A DNA stretch of 32,000 bases from Micrococcus luteus NCTC 2665 (GCF_000023205.1 NC_012803.1:540001-572000); one strand, 5' to 3'. Counted from the first letter of the stretch, positions 9,995 to 18,325 are shown. Translations and numbers: made by a program. Notes: a model not told the origin generated them from the sequence alone.

Positions 9995-11410
9995 ATGTCT
10001 CTCACTCCTGAACTGTCTCCCAAGCCGCGCCTGCTGATCGTCGGCGGCGGCTACGCCGGTTTCCAGCTCGCGAAGGAGCTGCAGACCAAGGTCAAGGACC
10101 GCGGCGGCGTCGTGACCGTCGTGGACCCGCTGCCGTACATGACGTACCAGCCGTTCCTGCCCGAGGTCGTCGGCGGCCACATCGTGGGGCGCCACGTCGT
10201 CGTGGACCTCGCCACGCATCTCAAGGACGCCGAGGTGCTGCGCGGCACCGTCGTGAAGGTGGAGCACGCCCGCCGTGTCGCCACCGTGCGCGGCGAGGAC
10301 GGCCACGAGTTCGAGCTGCCCTACCAGGACATCGCCATGACCGCCGGCGCCACCACCCGCGTCTTCCCGATCAAGGGCCTGGGCGAGCACGGCATCGGTC
10401 TGAAGACCGTGGAGGAGGCCGTGACGCTGCGCAACCAGATCCTGGAGCGCCTGGACGCCGCCTCCCTCATGGTGGACGCCGAGGCCCGTCGTCGCGCCCT
10501 GACCTTCGTGGTGGTCGGCGGCGGCTTCGCCGGCATCGAGACCGTGGGCGAGATGGAGCACCTCATCCGCACCGCCGTCGCCCGTAACCCGCGCCTGTCC
10601 CAGTCCGAGGTCCGCATCGTGCTCGTCGAGGCGATGGGCCGCATCATGCCCGAGGTCGGCGAGGACCAGGCCGTCGGCGTGGTGGAGCACCTGAAGGACC
10701 GCGGCATCGAGGTCCTGCTCAACACCTCGCTGGGCGACGCCACGGACGGGATCATGACCCTCGTGGACATGAAGGACAAGTCCGAGAAGGAGAAGTTCGG
10801 GGCCGACACCCTCGTGTGGACCGCGGGCGTGGCGGCCAACGCCGTCGCCAAGCAGACCGACTTCCCGGTCGAGGAGCGTGGCCGCATCGAGGTCACCCCC
10901 ACCCTCCAGGTCAAGGACGGGGAGGACGGCGTGCTCGAGGGCGCCTGGGGCTGCGGCGACGTCTGCGCCGTCCCGGACCTGACCGGCGCGGGCCCCGGCG
11001 GGTTCTGCGTCCCGAACGCCCAGCACGCCGGCCGTCAGGCCAAGCAGCTGGCCGCCAACTACATGGCCGTCCGCCACGGCGAGGGCGAGGTGCAGGAGTA
11101 CGTGCACAAGTCGCTCGGCGCCGTCGCCGGCCTGGGCTTCTTCAAGGGCGTCGGCAACCCGCTCGGCGTGAAGATCTCCGGCCCGGCCGCCTTCCTGGCG
11201 CACCGCGGCTACCACGCCTACGCGATGCCCACCCTGGACCGCCGCTTCCGGATCCTCTCCGGCTGGGTCGCCGAGACCCTGTTCGGCCGCGACTCCACCT
11301 CGGTGGCGGGCCTGGACACCCCGTTCAACCCGTTCCGCCGCGCCGCCGGCGTCGAGCTCGAGCCCGGCCGCTTCGAGCGGCAGCGGGCCCTCGAGTCCTC
11401 GAAGGGCTGA
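9995..11410 (+). CDS. ndh: type II NADH dehydrogenase (NDH-2)
   Basis: 471 aa with two dinucleotide-binding motifs (LLIVGGGYAGF and FVVVGGGFAGIE), consistent with the NDH-2 family. Confidence 0.9.
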   Translation: MSLTPELSPKPRLLIVGGGYAGFQLAKELQTKVKDRGGVVTVVDPLPYMTYQPFLPEVVGGHIVGRHVVVDLATHLKDAEVLRGTVVKVEHARRVATVRGEDGHEFELPYQDIAMTAGATTRVFPIKGLGEHGIGLKTVEEAVTLRNQILERLDAASLMVDAEARRRALTFVVVGGGFAGIETVGEMEHLIRTAVARNPRLSQSEVRIVLVEAMGRIMPEVGEDQAVGVVEHLKDRGIEVLLNTSLGDATDGIMTLVDMKDKSEKEKFGADTLVWTAGVAANAVAKQTDFPVEERGRIEVTPTLQVKDGEDGVLEGAWGCGDVCAVPDLTGAGPGGFCVPNAQHAGRQAKQLAANYMAVRHGEGEVQEYVHKSLGAVAGLGFFKGVGNPLGVKISGPAAFLAHRGYHAYAMPTLDRRFRILSGWVAETLFGRDSTSVAGLDTPFNPFRRAAGVELEPGRFERQRALESSKG

Positions 11411-11428
11411 TCCCGCAGCCAGCGGGCC

Positions 11429-11463
11429 GCCGGCCCCGTCCGAGCGCATCGGACGGGGCCGGC
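11429..11463 (+). terminator. hairpin terminator after ndh
   Basis: A 15-bp perfect stem (11429-11443 with 11449-11463) with loop GCGCA. Confidence 0.6.
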
Positions 11464-11501
11464 GTCGTCCGCACCCGGGCCCGCGTCCACGGGCCCGCCA
11501 C

Positions 11502-11575
11502 GCCCCCGTGGCCCAACTGGCAGAGGCGGCCGACTTAAAATCGGCGTGTTGCGGGTTCGAGTCCCGCCGGGGGCA
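11502..11575 (+). tRNA. tRNA with anticodon UAA (nominally tRNA-Leu) but a class I cloverleaf
   Basis: Hand fold of a 74-nt cloverleaf:
- Acceptor stem GCCCCCG/CGGGGGC with discriminator A.
- D loop with GG.
- Anticodon stem GCCGA/TCGGC with loop CTTAAAA.
- 5-nt variable loop GTGTT.
- T arm GCGGG-TTCGAGT-CCCGC. Confidence 0.85.
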
Positions 11576-11662
11576 CTCCCAGCTTCTGCGCCCACCGTGA
11601 ACAGGGCACGGCCGCAGGCGGCTGCCGGGACCCCGGCCTCGCACACCCGGGGTCGATGCCGA

Positions 11663-11668
11663 TAGACT
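11663..11668 (+). promoter_or_regulatory. candidate -10 box TAGACT upstream of the BI-1 gene (about 75-nt leader)
   Basis: A TANNNT hexamer in a locally AT-richer patch (GATGCCGATAGACTTGAGCAGAACAC). Confidence 0.3.
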
Positions 11669-11748
11669 TGAGCAGAACACCCGGAGCACGTGGACGGCTC
11701 ACCGCAGGCGGCGTGTGTCCGGGCCGACACGACCCCAAGGAGCGAGCC

Positions 11749-12627
11749 GTGGCGAACCCGGTCATGAACTCTCAGAACTTCCAGCAGCAGATGCGCGGCG
11801 GCGGACAGCCGCAGCCGGGCTGGTACCAGGGCGGCGGCCAGCAGACCGCGCAGTCCCCGTACGGCCAGCAGCAGAGCCCCTACGGCCAGGCCCAGGCGTT
11901 CGGCGCCGGCCAGGCCGCCCAGCAGCACGCGCACCAGCAGTCCATGGAGGACGCGTTCCGCGCCCCCTCCGCCGGCCCGGGCGAGACCGGCCGGATGACG
12001 TTCAACGACATCGTCGGCAAGACGGGCCTGATGCTCGTGCTCGTCGTGGTGGCCGGCGCGGTGGGCTGGTTCTCGCCGGGCCTGATGATCATCGGCGCGA
12101 TCGCCGGCCTCGTGCTGGGCCTGGTCAATGCGTTCAAGCGCGAGCCCTCGCCCGCGCTGATCATGGCCTACGCCGTGGCGCAGGGCCTGTTCCTCGGCGG
12201 CATCTCCGCCTTCTTCGAGGGCGCCTACCCGGGCATCGTGGTGCAGGCCGTGCTCGGCACCTTCTCGGTGTTCGCCGTGATGCTGGCGCTCTACACCTCG
12301 GGTAGGTTCCGCCCCACCCCGCGCATGACCAAGATCGTCATGGCCGCCATGATCGGCTACCTGGTCTTCATGCTCGTCAACCTGGTCCTGACCTGGACCG
12401 GCATCGGCAACATGCGCGAGGGCGGCCTCGGCCTGATCATCGGCGCGATCGCCGTGCTGCTCGCCGCCTACTCGCTGACACTGGACTTTGAGATGGCCGC
12501 CGTCGGCGTGAAGAACGGCGCCCCGCAGAAGTACTCCTGGACCGTGGCCTTCGGCCTGACCGTGACCCTGATCTGGCTGTACATCGAGATCCTGCGCATC
12601 GTCGCCATCCTGCGCGGCAAAGACTGA
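11749..12627 (+). CDS. Bax inhibitor-1/YccA-family membrane protein with a Gln/Gly/Tyr-rich N-terminus
   Basis: Seven predicted TM helices fit the BI-1/YccA family. SD AAGGAG (11737-11742) lies 6 nt before GTG 11749. The track start 11656 lies upstream of the likely promoter-proximal region. Confidence 0.8.
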   Translation: MANPVMNSQNFQQQMRGGGQPQPGWYQGGGQQTAQSPYGQQQSPYGQAQAFGAGQAAQQHAHQQSMEDAFRAPSAGPGETGRMTFNDIVGKTGLMLVLVVVAGAVGWFSPGLMIIGAIAGLVLGLVNAFKREPSPALIMAYAVAQGLFLGGISAFFEGAYPGIVVQAVLGTFSVFAVMLALYTSGRFRPTPRMTKIVMAAMIGYLVFMLVNLVLTWTGIGNMREGGLGLIIGAIAVLLAAYSLTLDFEMAAVGVKNGAPQKYSWTVAFGLTVTLIWLYIEILRIVAILRGKD

Positions 12628-12659
12628 CCCCGGCCCCGTCCCCGGACGGGAGCCCTCCC

Positions 12660-12693
12660 CGCCGCCCCGGCCCTCCACAGGGCCGGGGCGGCG
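12660..12693 (+). terminator. hairpin terminator after the BI-1 gene
   Basis: A 15-bp perfect stem (12660-12674 with 12679-12693) with loop CCAC. Confidence 0.6.
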
Positions 12694-12750
12694 CGCGTTG
12701 CGCGAGGGCGTACATTGAGGGGGTCCGTCGCCGTGACCGCAGGAGGAACC

Positions 12751-13722
12751 GTGACCGAGACCAGCGCCGCGCCCGAGTTCGGGGCGCCGCACGCCACCGG
12801 CGCCCAGCACCGCCTGCGCCGCGGGTCCGCGGAGGCCGTCGTCGTCGGCCTGGCCGGTGCCCTGCGCAGGTACCGCGTGGGCGGCGTGGACCTGACCGAG
12901 CCGTACGGCCAGGACGTGGTCCCGCCCGCCGCCAACGGCATCCAGATGAGCCCGTGGCCGAACCGCGTCGCCGGCGCCCGCTGGATCCTGGACGGCGTCG
13001 AGCAGCGCCTGGACGTCACCGAACCCGCGCGCGGCCACGCCAGCCACGGCCTGCTGCGCAACACCCACTTCGTCACCGAGACGTTTTCCGCCCACGCGGT
13101 GACCCTGCGCGGTGAGATCCACCCCCAGCACGGCTGGCCGTTCCGGCTCACCCACCGCGTCACGTACGAGCTCGAGGCGGACGGCGGCCTCACCGTCACC
13201 GCCGAGGTGCAGAACCACACGGACGCCACCGTGCCCGTGGCGGTCGGCGCCCACCCGTTCCTGCGCATCGGGGACGTCCCGACGGCGGAGCTGAGCCTGC
13301 GCGTGCCCGCGGACGCCTGGATCCGCACGGGGGAGGACCTCATCCCCGTGGAGACCCTGCCGGTGGACGGCACGGACCTGGACTTCCGCCGTGGCCGGGC
13401 CGTAGGCGAGGCCGCCCTGGACGTGTGCCTCACCGGCCTGACCCCGGACGCCGACGGCCGGCACCGCCAGACCCTGCTCGCCGCGGACGGCCGCGCCGTG
13501 ACCCTGTGGTCCGACCACGCGTTCGCCTACACCCACGTCTTCGTCACGGACCGGCTGCCCGGCCGTGACACGGCGCTCGCGGTGGAGCCGCTCACCGCTC
13601 CCGCGGACGCCCTCAACTCGGGGGAGGGCCTGCACCGGCTCGCCCCGCACGCCCGCTGGAGCGCCCAGTGGGGCCTGACCCCCCATGTCCCCGACCACCC
13701 ACACGAGGAGGATCGCGCGTGA
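12751..13722 (+). CDS. aldose 1-epimerase (galactose mutarotase-like) family protein
   Basis: The all-beta mutarotase-like sequence is about 323 aa. SD AGGAGG (12741-12746) precedes GTG 12751. The alternative starts GTG 12733 and TTG 12715 cannot be excluded. Confidence 0.72.
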   Translation: MTETSAAPEFGAPHATGAQHRLRRGSAEAVVVGLAGALRRYRVGGVDLTEPYGQDVVPPAANGIQMSPWPNRVAGARWILDGVEQRLDVTEPARGHASHGLLRNTHFVTETFSAHAVTLRGEIHPQHGWPFRLTHRVTYELEADGGLTVTAEVQNHTDATVPVAVGAHPFLRIGDVPTAELSLRVPADAWIRTGEDLIPVETLPVDGTDLDFRRGRAVGEAALDVCLTGLTPDADGRHRQTLLAADGRAVTLWSDHAFAYTHVFVTDRLPGRDTALAVEPLTAPADALNSGEGLHRLAPHARWSAQWGLTPHVPDHPHEEDRA

Positions 13723-14936
13723 GCTCGACCCTGGCGGCCCAGACCAAGATCAACAAGGACGTGCCCTACGGGCTGACGGTGGCCGCAGCCTGGTCCTGGC
13801 GGCTGGTGGTCGTGGTCATCGGCATCGGCGTCGTGGTGTACCTGCTGAGCTTCGTGAGCCTCGTGGTGATCCCGATCCTCGTGGCCGCGCTGCTGGCCAC
13901 CCTGCTGGCCCCGGTGTTCCAGGCGATGCGGCGCATCCGGGTGCCGGGCGTCGCGGCCGCCCTGCTGTGCGTGCTGCTGCTGGTCGTCGTCGTGGTGGGC
14001 CTCGTGGGGCTCGCCAGTCAGCAGATCGTGCAGGGCTTCGCCGAACTGGGCGACCAGCTGGGCCAGGCCGTCGACGACGCGATCGCCTGGCTGGCCGGCG
14101 TGGGCGTGGAGATCCCCCGGTCCGGTGCCGAGCTGGAGGGCCTGTGGCAGACGCTGCGGGACAACTCCGCCACGTTCATGAACAGCGCCGTCTCGTTCGG
14201 CTCCACGGCCGTCAACATCGGTGCGGGCCTGTTCATCGCCCTGTTCTCCCTGATCTTCTTCCTCTACGACGGGGACCGCATCTGGCGCTTCCTCCTGATC
14301 TTCGTGCCGAAGGCGCACCGGGCCACCGTGGGCCGCGCGGGCCGCTCGGGCTGGCAGTCGCTCGGCTCCTACGTGCGGGTCCAGATCTTCGTGGCGTTCA
14401 TCGACGCCGTCGGCATCGGCCTCGGCGCCCTGATCCTGGGCGTGCCGCTGGCCATCCCGCTGGCCGTGCTCGTGTTCCTGGCCTCGTTCATCCCGATGAT
14501 CGGCGCCACCCTGACCGGCGGGATGGCGGTGCTCCTGGCGTTGATGTCCAACGGCCTGGTCAACGCACTGCTCATGCTGGGCGTGGTGCTGCTCGTGCAG
14601 CAGATCGAGTCGAACGTCCTGCAGCCGCTCGTGATGGGCAAGGCCGTCGCGCTGCACCCGCTGGCCGTGTTCCTGGCCGTCGCCGCCGGCTCCACCGTCC
14701 TCGGCCTGGCGGGCGCCGTGTTCGCCGTGCCGGTGCTGGCCTTCGTGAACAGCTTCGTCCGCGCCCTCACCGCCGACACCCCCGAGGAGCTCACGGAGCG
14801 GACGGACCACGCCCTCGAACCGGGCGGCGCGGAGGACGAGGCGGCCGGCTCCCACCGGTACCGCCCCTCGACGCACGAGGACGCCGCCCTCGCCTCCGAG
14901 GCCGACGCGGGCACCCGGCACGGGGACGACGCCTGA
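13719..14936 (+). CDS. AI-2E (PerM/UPF0118) family transporter
   Basis: Polytopic membrane protein of the AI-2E family type. SD GAGGAGGA (13705-13712) precedes GTG 13719, which overlaps the epimerase stop (GTGA). Confidence 0.85.
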   Translation: MSSTLAAQTKINKDVPYGLTVAAAWSWRLVVVVIGIGVVVYLLSFVSLVVIPILVAALLATLLAPVFQAMRRIRVPGVAAALLCVLLLVVVVVGLVGLASQQIVQGFAELGDQLGQAVDDAIAWLAGVGVEIPRSGAELEGLWQTLRDNSATFMNSAVSFGSTAVNIGAGLFIALFSLIFFLYDGDRIWRFLLIFVPKAHRATVGRAGRSGWQSLGSYVRVQIFVAFIDAVGIGLGALILGVPLAIPLAVLVFLASFIPMIGATLTGGMAVLLALMSNGLVNALLMLGVVLLVQQIESNVLQPLVMGKAVALHPLAVFLAVAAGSTVLGLAGAVFAVPVLAFVNSFVRALTADTPEELTERTDHALEPGGAEDEAAGSHRYRPSTHEDAALASEADAGTRHGDDA

Positions 14937-16267
14937 TGGTCGCGGCGCAGGCCACGAACACCCCGGACCGGACCGTCCCGACGCCGTCGCCCCGGTGGGT
15001 GCGGCCCGCCGGCGGCGCACCGACCCCGGCGGAGCTGCCCGTCACCCTCGGGGAGATCGAGCGGGCGCGTGAGACGCTGCGCGGGATCGCCGAGCGCTCC
15101 CCGCTGCAGCACTCCCGGGCGCTCTCCCGGGCCGTGGGCACGGACGTGCACCTGAAGTGCGAGAACCTGCAGCGGGCCGGCTCGTTCAAGGTCCGCGGCG
15201 CCTACGTGCGGATGGCGCAGCTGAGCGAGGAGGAGCGCGGCCGCGGCGTCGTGGCCGCCTCGGCCGGCAACCACGCCCAGGGCGTCGCCCTCGCGGCCGC
15301 CAAGCTCGGCATCCGCGCCCGCATCTTCATGCCGCACGGCGTCGCCCTGCCCAAGCTGCAGGCCACCCGGGACCACGGCGCCGAGGTCGTCCTGCACGGC
15401 TCCACCGTGGACGAGTCCCTCGCCGAGGCGCAGCGGTGGGCCACGGAGACCGATGCCGTGTTCATCCCGCCGTTCGACGACCCGGCCGTGATCGCGGGCC
15501 AGGGCACCGTCGGCCTCGAGATCCTCGACGTGCTGCCGGACGTGGACACCGTGATCATGGGCATCGGCGGCGGGGGGCTCATCGCCGGCACGGCCGTGGC
15601 CCTCAAGGAGGCCGCCCGGCGTCGTGGGCGCACGGTGCGCGTCATCGGCGTGCAGGCGGCCACCGCCGCCGCGTTCCCCGGCTCCCTCGAGGAGGGCCGC
15701 GTCCAGGTGCTGGAGAGCGTGTCCACCATCGCGGACGGCATCGCCGTCGGCAGGCCCGGGGCCCTGCCGCTGCGGATCGCCGCCGAGCTGGTGGACGCCG
15801 TCGTGACCGTCACGGACGACGAGATCGCCGCGGCCCTCGTCCACCTCCTCGAGCGCTCCAAGCTCGTGGTGGAGCCGGCGGGCGCCGTCGGGGTGGCCGC
15901 CCTGCTGGCGGGCCGCACGGCGGACCTGGGCTTCGAGCTCGGCACCACCGCCGTGATCCTCTCCGGCGGGAACATCGATCCGATGCTCATGCTGAAGTCC
16001 ATCCAGGCCGGACTGTCGGCGGCGGGGCGCTACATGACCGTGCGCATCCCGCTGCGGGACCGCCCGGGCGAGCTGGCCACGATCTCACGGATCATCGCGG
16101 ACACGGACGCCAACGTGGTGCGCGTGGACCACACCCGCGTCGGCCCGGAGCTGTCCATGGGCGGCGTGCACATCACGATCGACATGGAGACCCGCGGCGC
16201 CGAGCACTCCGCCCAGGTCCTGGAGGCGCTGCGCGCGGCCGGCTACAGCCCGGCCCCGCTGCCCTGA
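14936..16267 (+). CDS. ilvA: threonine ammonia-lyase (threonine dehydratase)
   Basis: The PLP-lysine motif SFKVRGA and the glycine loop GIGGGGL are present, with a C-terminal ACT-like regulatory domain. ATG 14936 overlaps the transporter stop (ATGA-type, TGATG). This is the in-frame tail of track ORF 13685..16267. Confidence 0.9.
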   Translation: MVAAQATNTPDRTVPTPSPRWVRPAGGAPTPAELPVTLGEIERARETLRGIAERSPLQHSRALSRAVGTDVHLKCENLQRAGSFKVRGAYVRMAQLSEEERGRGVVAASAGNHAQGVALAAAKLGIRARIFMPHGVALPKLQATRDHGAEVVLHGSTVDESLAEAQRWATETDAVFIPPFDDPAVIAGQGTVGLEILDVLPDVDTVIMGIGGGGLIAGTAVALKEAARRRGRTVRVIGVQAATAAAFPGSLEEGRVQVLESVSTIADGIAVGRPGALPLRIAAELVDAVVTVTDDEIAAALVHLLERSKLVVEPAGAVGVAALLAGRTADLGFELGTTAVILSGGNIDPMLMLKSIQAGLSAAGRYMTVRIPLRDRPGELATISRIIADTDANVVRVDHTRVGPELSMGGVHITIDMETRGAEHSAQVLEALRAAGYSPAPLP

Positions 16268-16277
16268 CCGGGCCGGC

Positions 16278-16916
16278 TCAGGCCACGGAGCCGGCGGCGG
16301 CCGCGGTGACGGTGCCACAGGTCCCGCCCACCGCGCGGCGCACGGCCTGGACCAGGAGGTCCTCGCGCGTCAGCGTCTCGATGCGGCGGACCATCTCGCG
16401 GCGGTCGTAGCGCTCGCGGACGCCCGGCAGCAGGCGTCGGGCCAGATTGAGGTGCTGCAGCACGCCGAGCAGGAGCACGTCCTCGTCGGAGGGCTCGGCC
16501 TCGTCCAGGACCACGGCGGTCAGGTGCGCGAGCAGCTCGGCGCGCTCGGTGCCGCGGGGGACGTGCCGGGTGGCCAGGAAGGCCTTGCGCTCGGTGAGGC
16601 GACCGGTCTCGGTCAGATGGGCGACGACGGCCTTGCGCAGATCCGGCTTCCCGGCCGCCAGGGTGGCCACGAGCGGCCGGCCGGCCAGGGCGTCGACCTC
16701 TCCGAGGGAGGAGTCCAGGACGGGGTCGCCGGTGGTGCCGGCCGCGGTCACGAGCACGCGGGCCCGGTCCACGGGGACGTCCTCGAGGGTCACGATCCCG
16801 GCGGAGCGGTGGTCGGCCAGCGCGGCGGCCGCGAGGGCCACGCGGTGGTGGGAGGGGCTCTCGGAGAGCCCGTCCTCGCGGGTGAGCAGCAGGTGCGCCT
16901 TCTCGACGGTCAGCAT
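16278..16916 (-). CDS. GPP34/GOLPH3-like family protein
   Basis: 212 aa. The N-terminus MLTVEKAHLLLTREDG and the overall helical pattern resemble actinobacterial GPP34 proteins. This is an eye-based assignment. Confidence 0.65.
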   Translation of the reverse strand: MLTVEKAHLLLTREDGLSESPSHHRVALAAAALADHRSAGIVTLEDVPVDRARVLVTAAGTTGDPVLDSSLGEVDALAGRPLVATLAAGKPDLRKAVVAHLTETGRLTERKAFLATRHVPRGTERAELLAHLTAVVLDEAEPSDEDVLLLGVLQHLNLARRLLPGVRERYDRREMVRRIETLTREDLLVQAVRRAVGGTCGTVTAAAAGSVA

Positions 16917-16922
16917 GGGGCC

Positions 16923-16928
16923 ACAGTA
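16923..16928 (-). promoter_or_regulatory. -10 box TACTGT, 6 nt before the GPP34 ATG (leaderless arrangement)
   Basis: The minus strand reads TACTGT-GGCCCC-ATG(16916). Confidence 0.4.
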
Positions 16929-16957
16929 GCAACGGGGGCGCGGTGGTGCCCGGGACG

Positions 16958-16998
16958 GACGACGGCCGCGGCCCCACGAGGGGACCGCGGCCGTCGTC
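16958..16998 (-). terminator. hairpin terminator after greA
   Basis: A 14-bp perfect stem (16958-16971 with 16985-16998) plus 4 further inner bp with one bulged A and loop ACGA. It lies 15 nt downstream of the greA stop. Confidence 0.55.
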
Positions 16999-17012
16999 GG
17001 GTCCGGGGAGGG

Positions 17013-17507
17013 TCAGCCGGAGTAGGGCTGGACGTCCTTGATCTCGACCTTGATGTCCTTGCCGTTCGGGGCGGTGTAGGAGACCTTGTCGCCCTGCTTG
17101 GCGCCGTTGATGGCCTCGCCGAGCGGGGAGCGCTCGGAGTAGACCTCGAGCGACTCGTCGTCCGCGGCGATCTCACGGTTGCCGAAGAGGAAGGTCATCT
17201 CGTCGCCGGCGACGACGGCGGTCACCACGGTGCCCGGGTGCACGGCGCCGTCGTTCTCGGCGGCCTCGCCGACGCGGGCGGTCTCGAGCAGGTGCTTCAG
17301 CTCGGCGATGCGGCCCTCGTTCTTGGACTGCTCCTCGCGGGCGGCGTGGTAGCCGCCGTTCTCCTTGAGGTCGCCCTCATCGCGGGCGGCCTCGATGCGC
17401 TCGATGATCTCCTGGCGGCCGGGGCCGGAGATGTGCTCGAGCTCCTTGGAGAGGCGGTCGTACGCCTCCTGGGTCAGCCACGGGGCGTCGGACTGGCTGG
17501 TGGTCAT
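17013..17507 (-). CDS. greA: transcription elongation factor GreA
   Basis: 164 aa starting MTTSQSDAPWLTQEAYDRL. The GreA signature GDLKENGGYHAAREEQ is present. The track ORF extends to 17720, but that N-terminal extension looks non-coding. Confidence 0.93.
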   Translation of the reverse strand: MTTSQSDAPWLTQEAYDRLSKELEHISGPGRQEIIERIEAARDEGDLKENGGYHAAREEQSKNEGRIAELKHLLETARVGEAAENDGAVHPGTVVTAVVAGDEMTFLFGNREIAADDESLEVYSERSPLGEAINGAKQGDKVSYTAPNGKDIKVEIKDVQPYSG

Positions 17508-17695
17508 GCTCTGTTCCGCCTTTCTGTCTCGGGTGATGCGGAGTCCGGGGCGCGGCACACCGGGTCCGGCGCGCGATCCGCGTCCGGCGGACGCGCCCGC
17601 ATGCGAAAGACCCCGCCGATCAGGAGGACGCGCGTGGCCCGAGGGCTCCGTGCGACGCCTGCCTGACTCACCGGCGGGGCGGGAATGCTCCGAGG

Positions 17696-17701
17696 AGTCT
17701 A
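17696..17701 (-). promoter_or_regulatory. candidate -10 box TAGACT upstream of greA (about 180-nt leader)
   Basis: The minus strand reads GGATAGACTCC. This is the only TANNNT hexamer I noticed by eye in the 258-nt gap between DUF4307 and greA. Confidence 0.3.
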
Positions 17702-17765
17702 TCCGGGCGGTGTGCGTCACACCAAAGGCGGCCGCTACGCCGAGGGCGGAGCGCTCCGCGAGGGC

Positions 17766-18212
17766 TCAGACCTTGCGGCAGGTCTCGACGATGCCGGAGT
17801 CGCCCCGCACCACGGTGCGCACGTCCACGGTGTAGCGCTGCTGCGCGTCCGAGGGGGAGTCCCGCCGGTCGGCCGGCAGGGTCTCCAGGCGGACGGTGCG
17901 GAAGCCGACGGGGGCGGCGTGGGAGTCGGTGACGAGCACATCGCACTCGGCCTGCACGCCCTCCGGGACGGAGGCCTGGAAGGTGACGGTCGCGCGGCCG
18001 TCGTCTTCGATGGTGAAGCCGACGTCCTTGTACTCGATGGCGCCCACGGACATGTTCAGGCCGATCCACACGGACAGCAGCACGGCCACGACCAGCCCGA
18101 GTCCGCCGAGGCCCGCCCACAGCCGACGACGGCCCGGACGCGTGTGGTCCGTGCCGTACCGGTTGGCTAATGTAGGGTCCTGCGCGCGGACCGCGGGGGC
18201 GTGGTGAGACAT
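17766..18212 (-). CDS. DUF4307-like single-pass membrane protein (Rv1081c position)
   Basis: An Arg-rich N-terminus and one TM helix (LGGLGLVVAVLLSVWIGL) precede a ~100-aa domain. It lies between greA and mca, as in mycobacteria. ATG 18212 follows a TAGGGT box by 7 nt, and GTG 18221 is an alternative start. Confidence 0.7.
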   Translation of the reverse strand: MSHHAPAVRAQDPTLANRYGTDHTRPGRRRLWAGLGGLGLVVAVLLSVWIGLNMSVGAIEYKDVGFTIEDDGRATVTFQASVPEGVQAECDVLVTDSHAAPVGFRTVRLETLPADRRDSPSDAQQRYTVDVRTVVRGDSGIVETCRKV

Positions 18213-18219
18213 CCCCTCC

Positions 18220-18225
18220 ACCCTA
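18220..18225 (-). promoter_or_regulatory. -10 box TAGGGT, 7 nt before the DUF4307 ATG 18212 (leaderless arrangement)
   Basis: The minus strand reads TAGGGT-GGAGGGG-ATG. Confidence 0.4.
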
Positions 18226-18325
18226 GCCGCTGCCCGCCGCCGGAGGCCGATGAGGACGTCGGCCCCGACCCCTCACGCCGCCGCCCCCGCGGCGGCTCCC
18301 CTCCGGACAGGAGTGTGCGATCCCC

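Noticed and set aside
11576-16267. Genomic island integrated at the tRNA gene.
   Set aside because: There is no integrase or recombinase. I saw no downstream direct repeat of the tRNA 3' end. The downstream genes are housekeeping and have the same composition as the rest of the window.
17508-17720. Longer GreA (235 aa) from the track start at 17720.
   Set aside because: The extra 71 residues are Arg/Gly/Pro/Ser-rich and lack GC3 periodicity. The canonical GreA N-terminus begins at ATG 17507.
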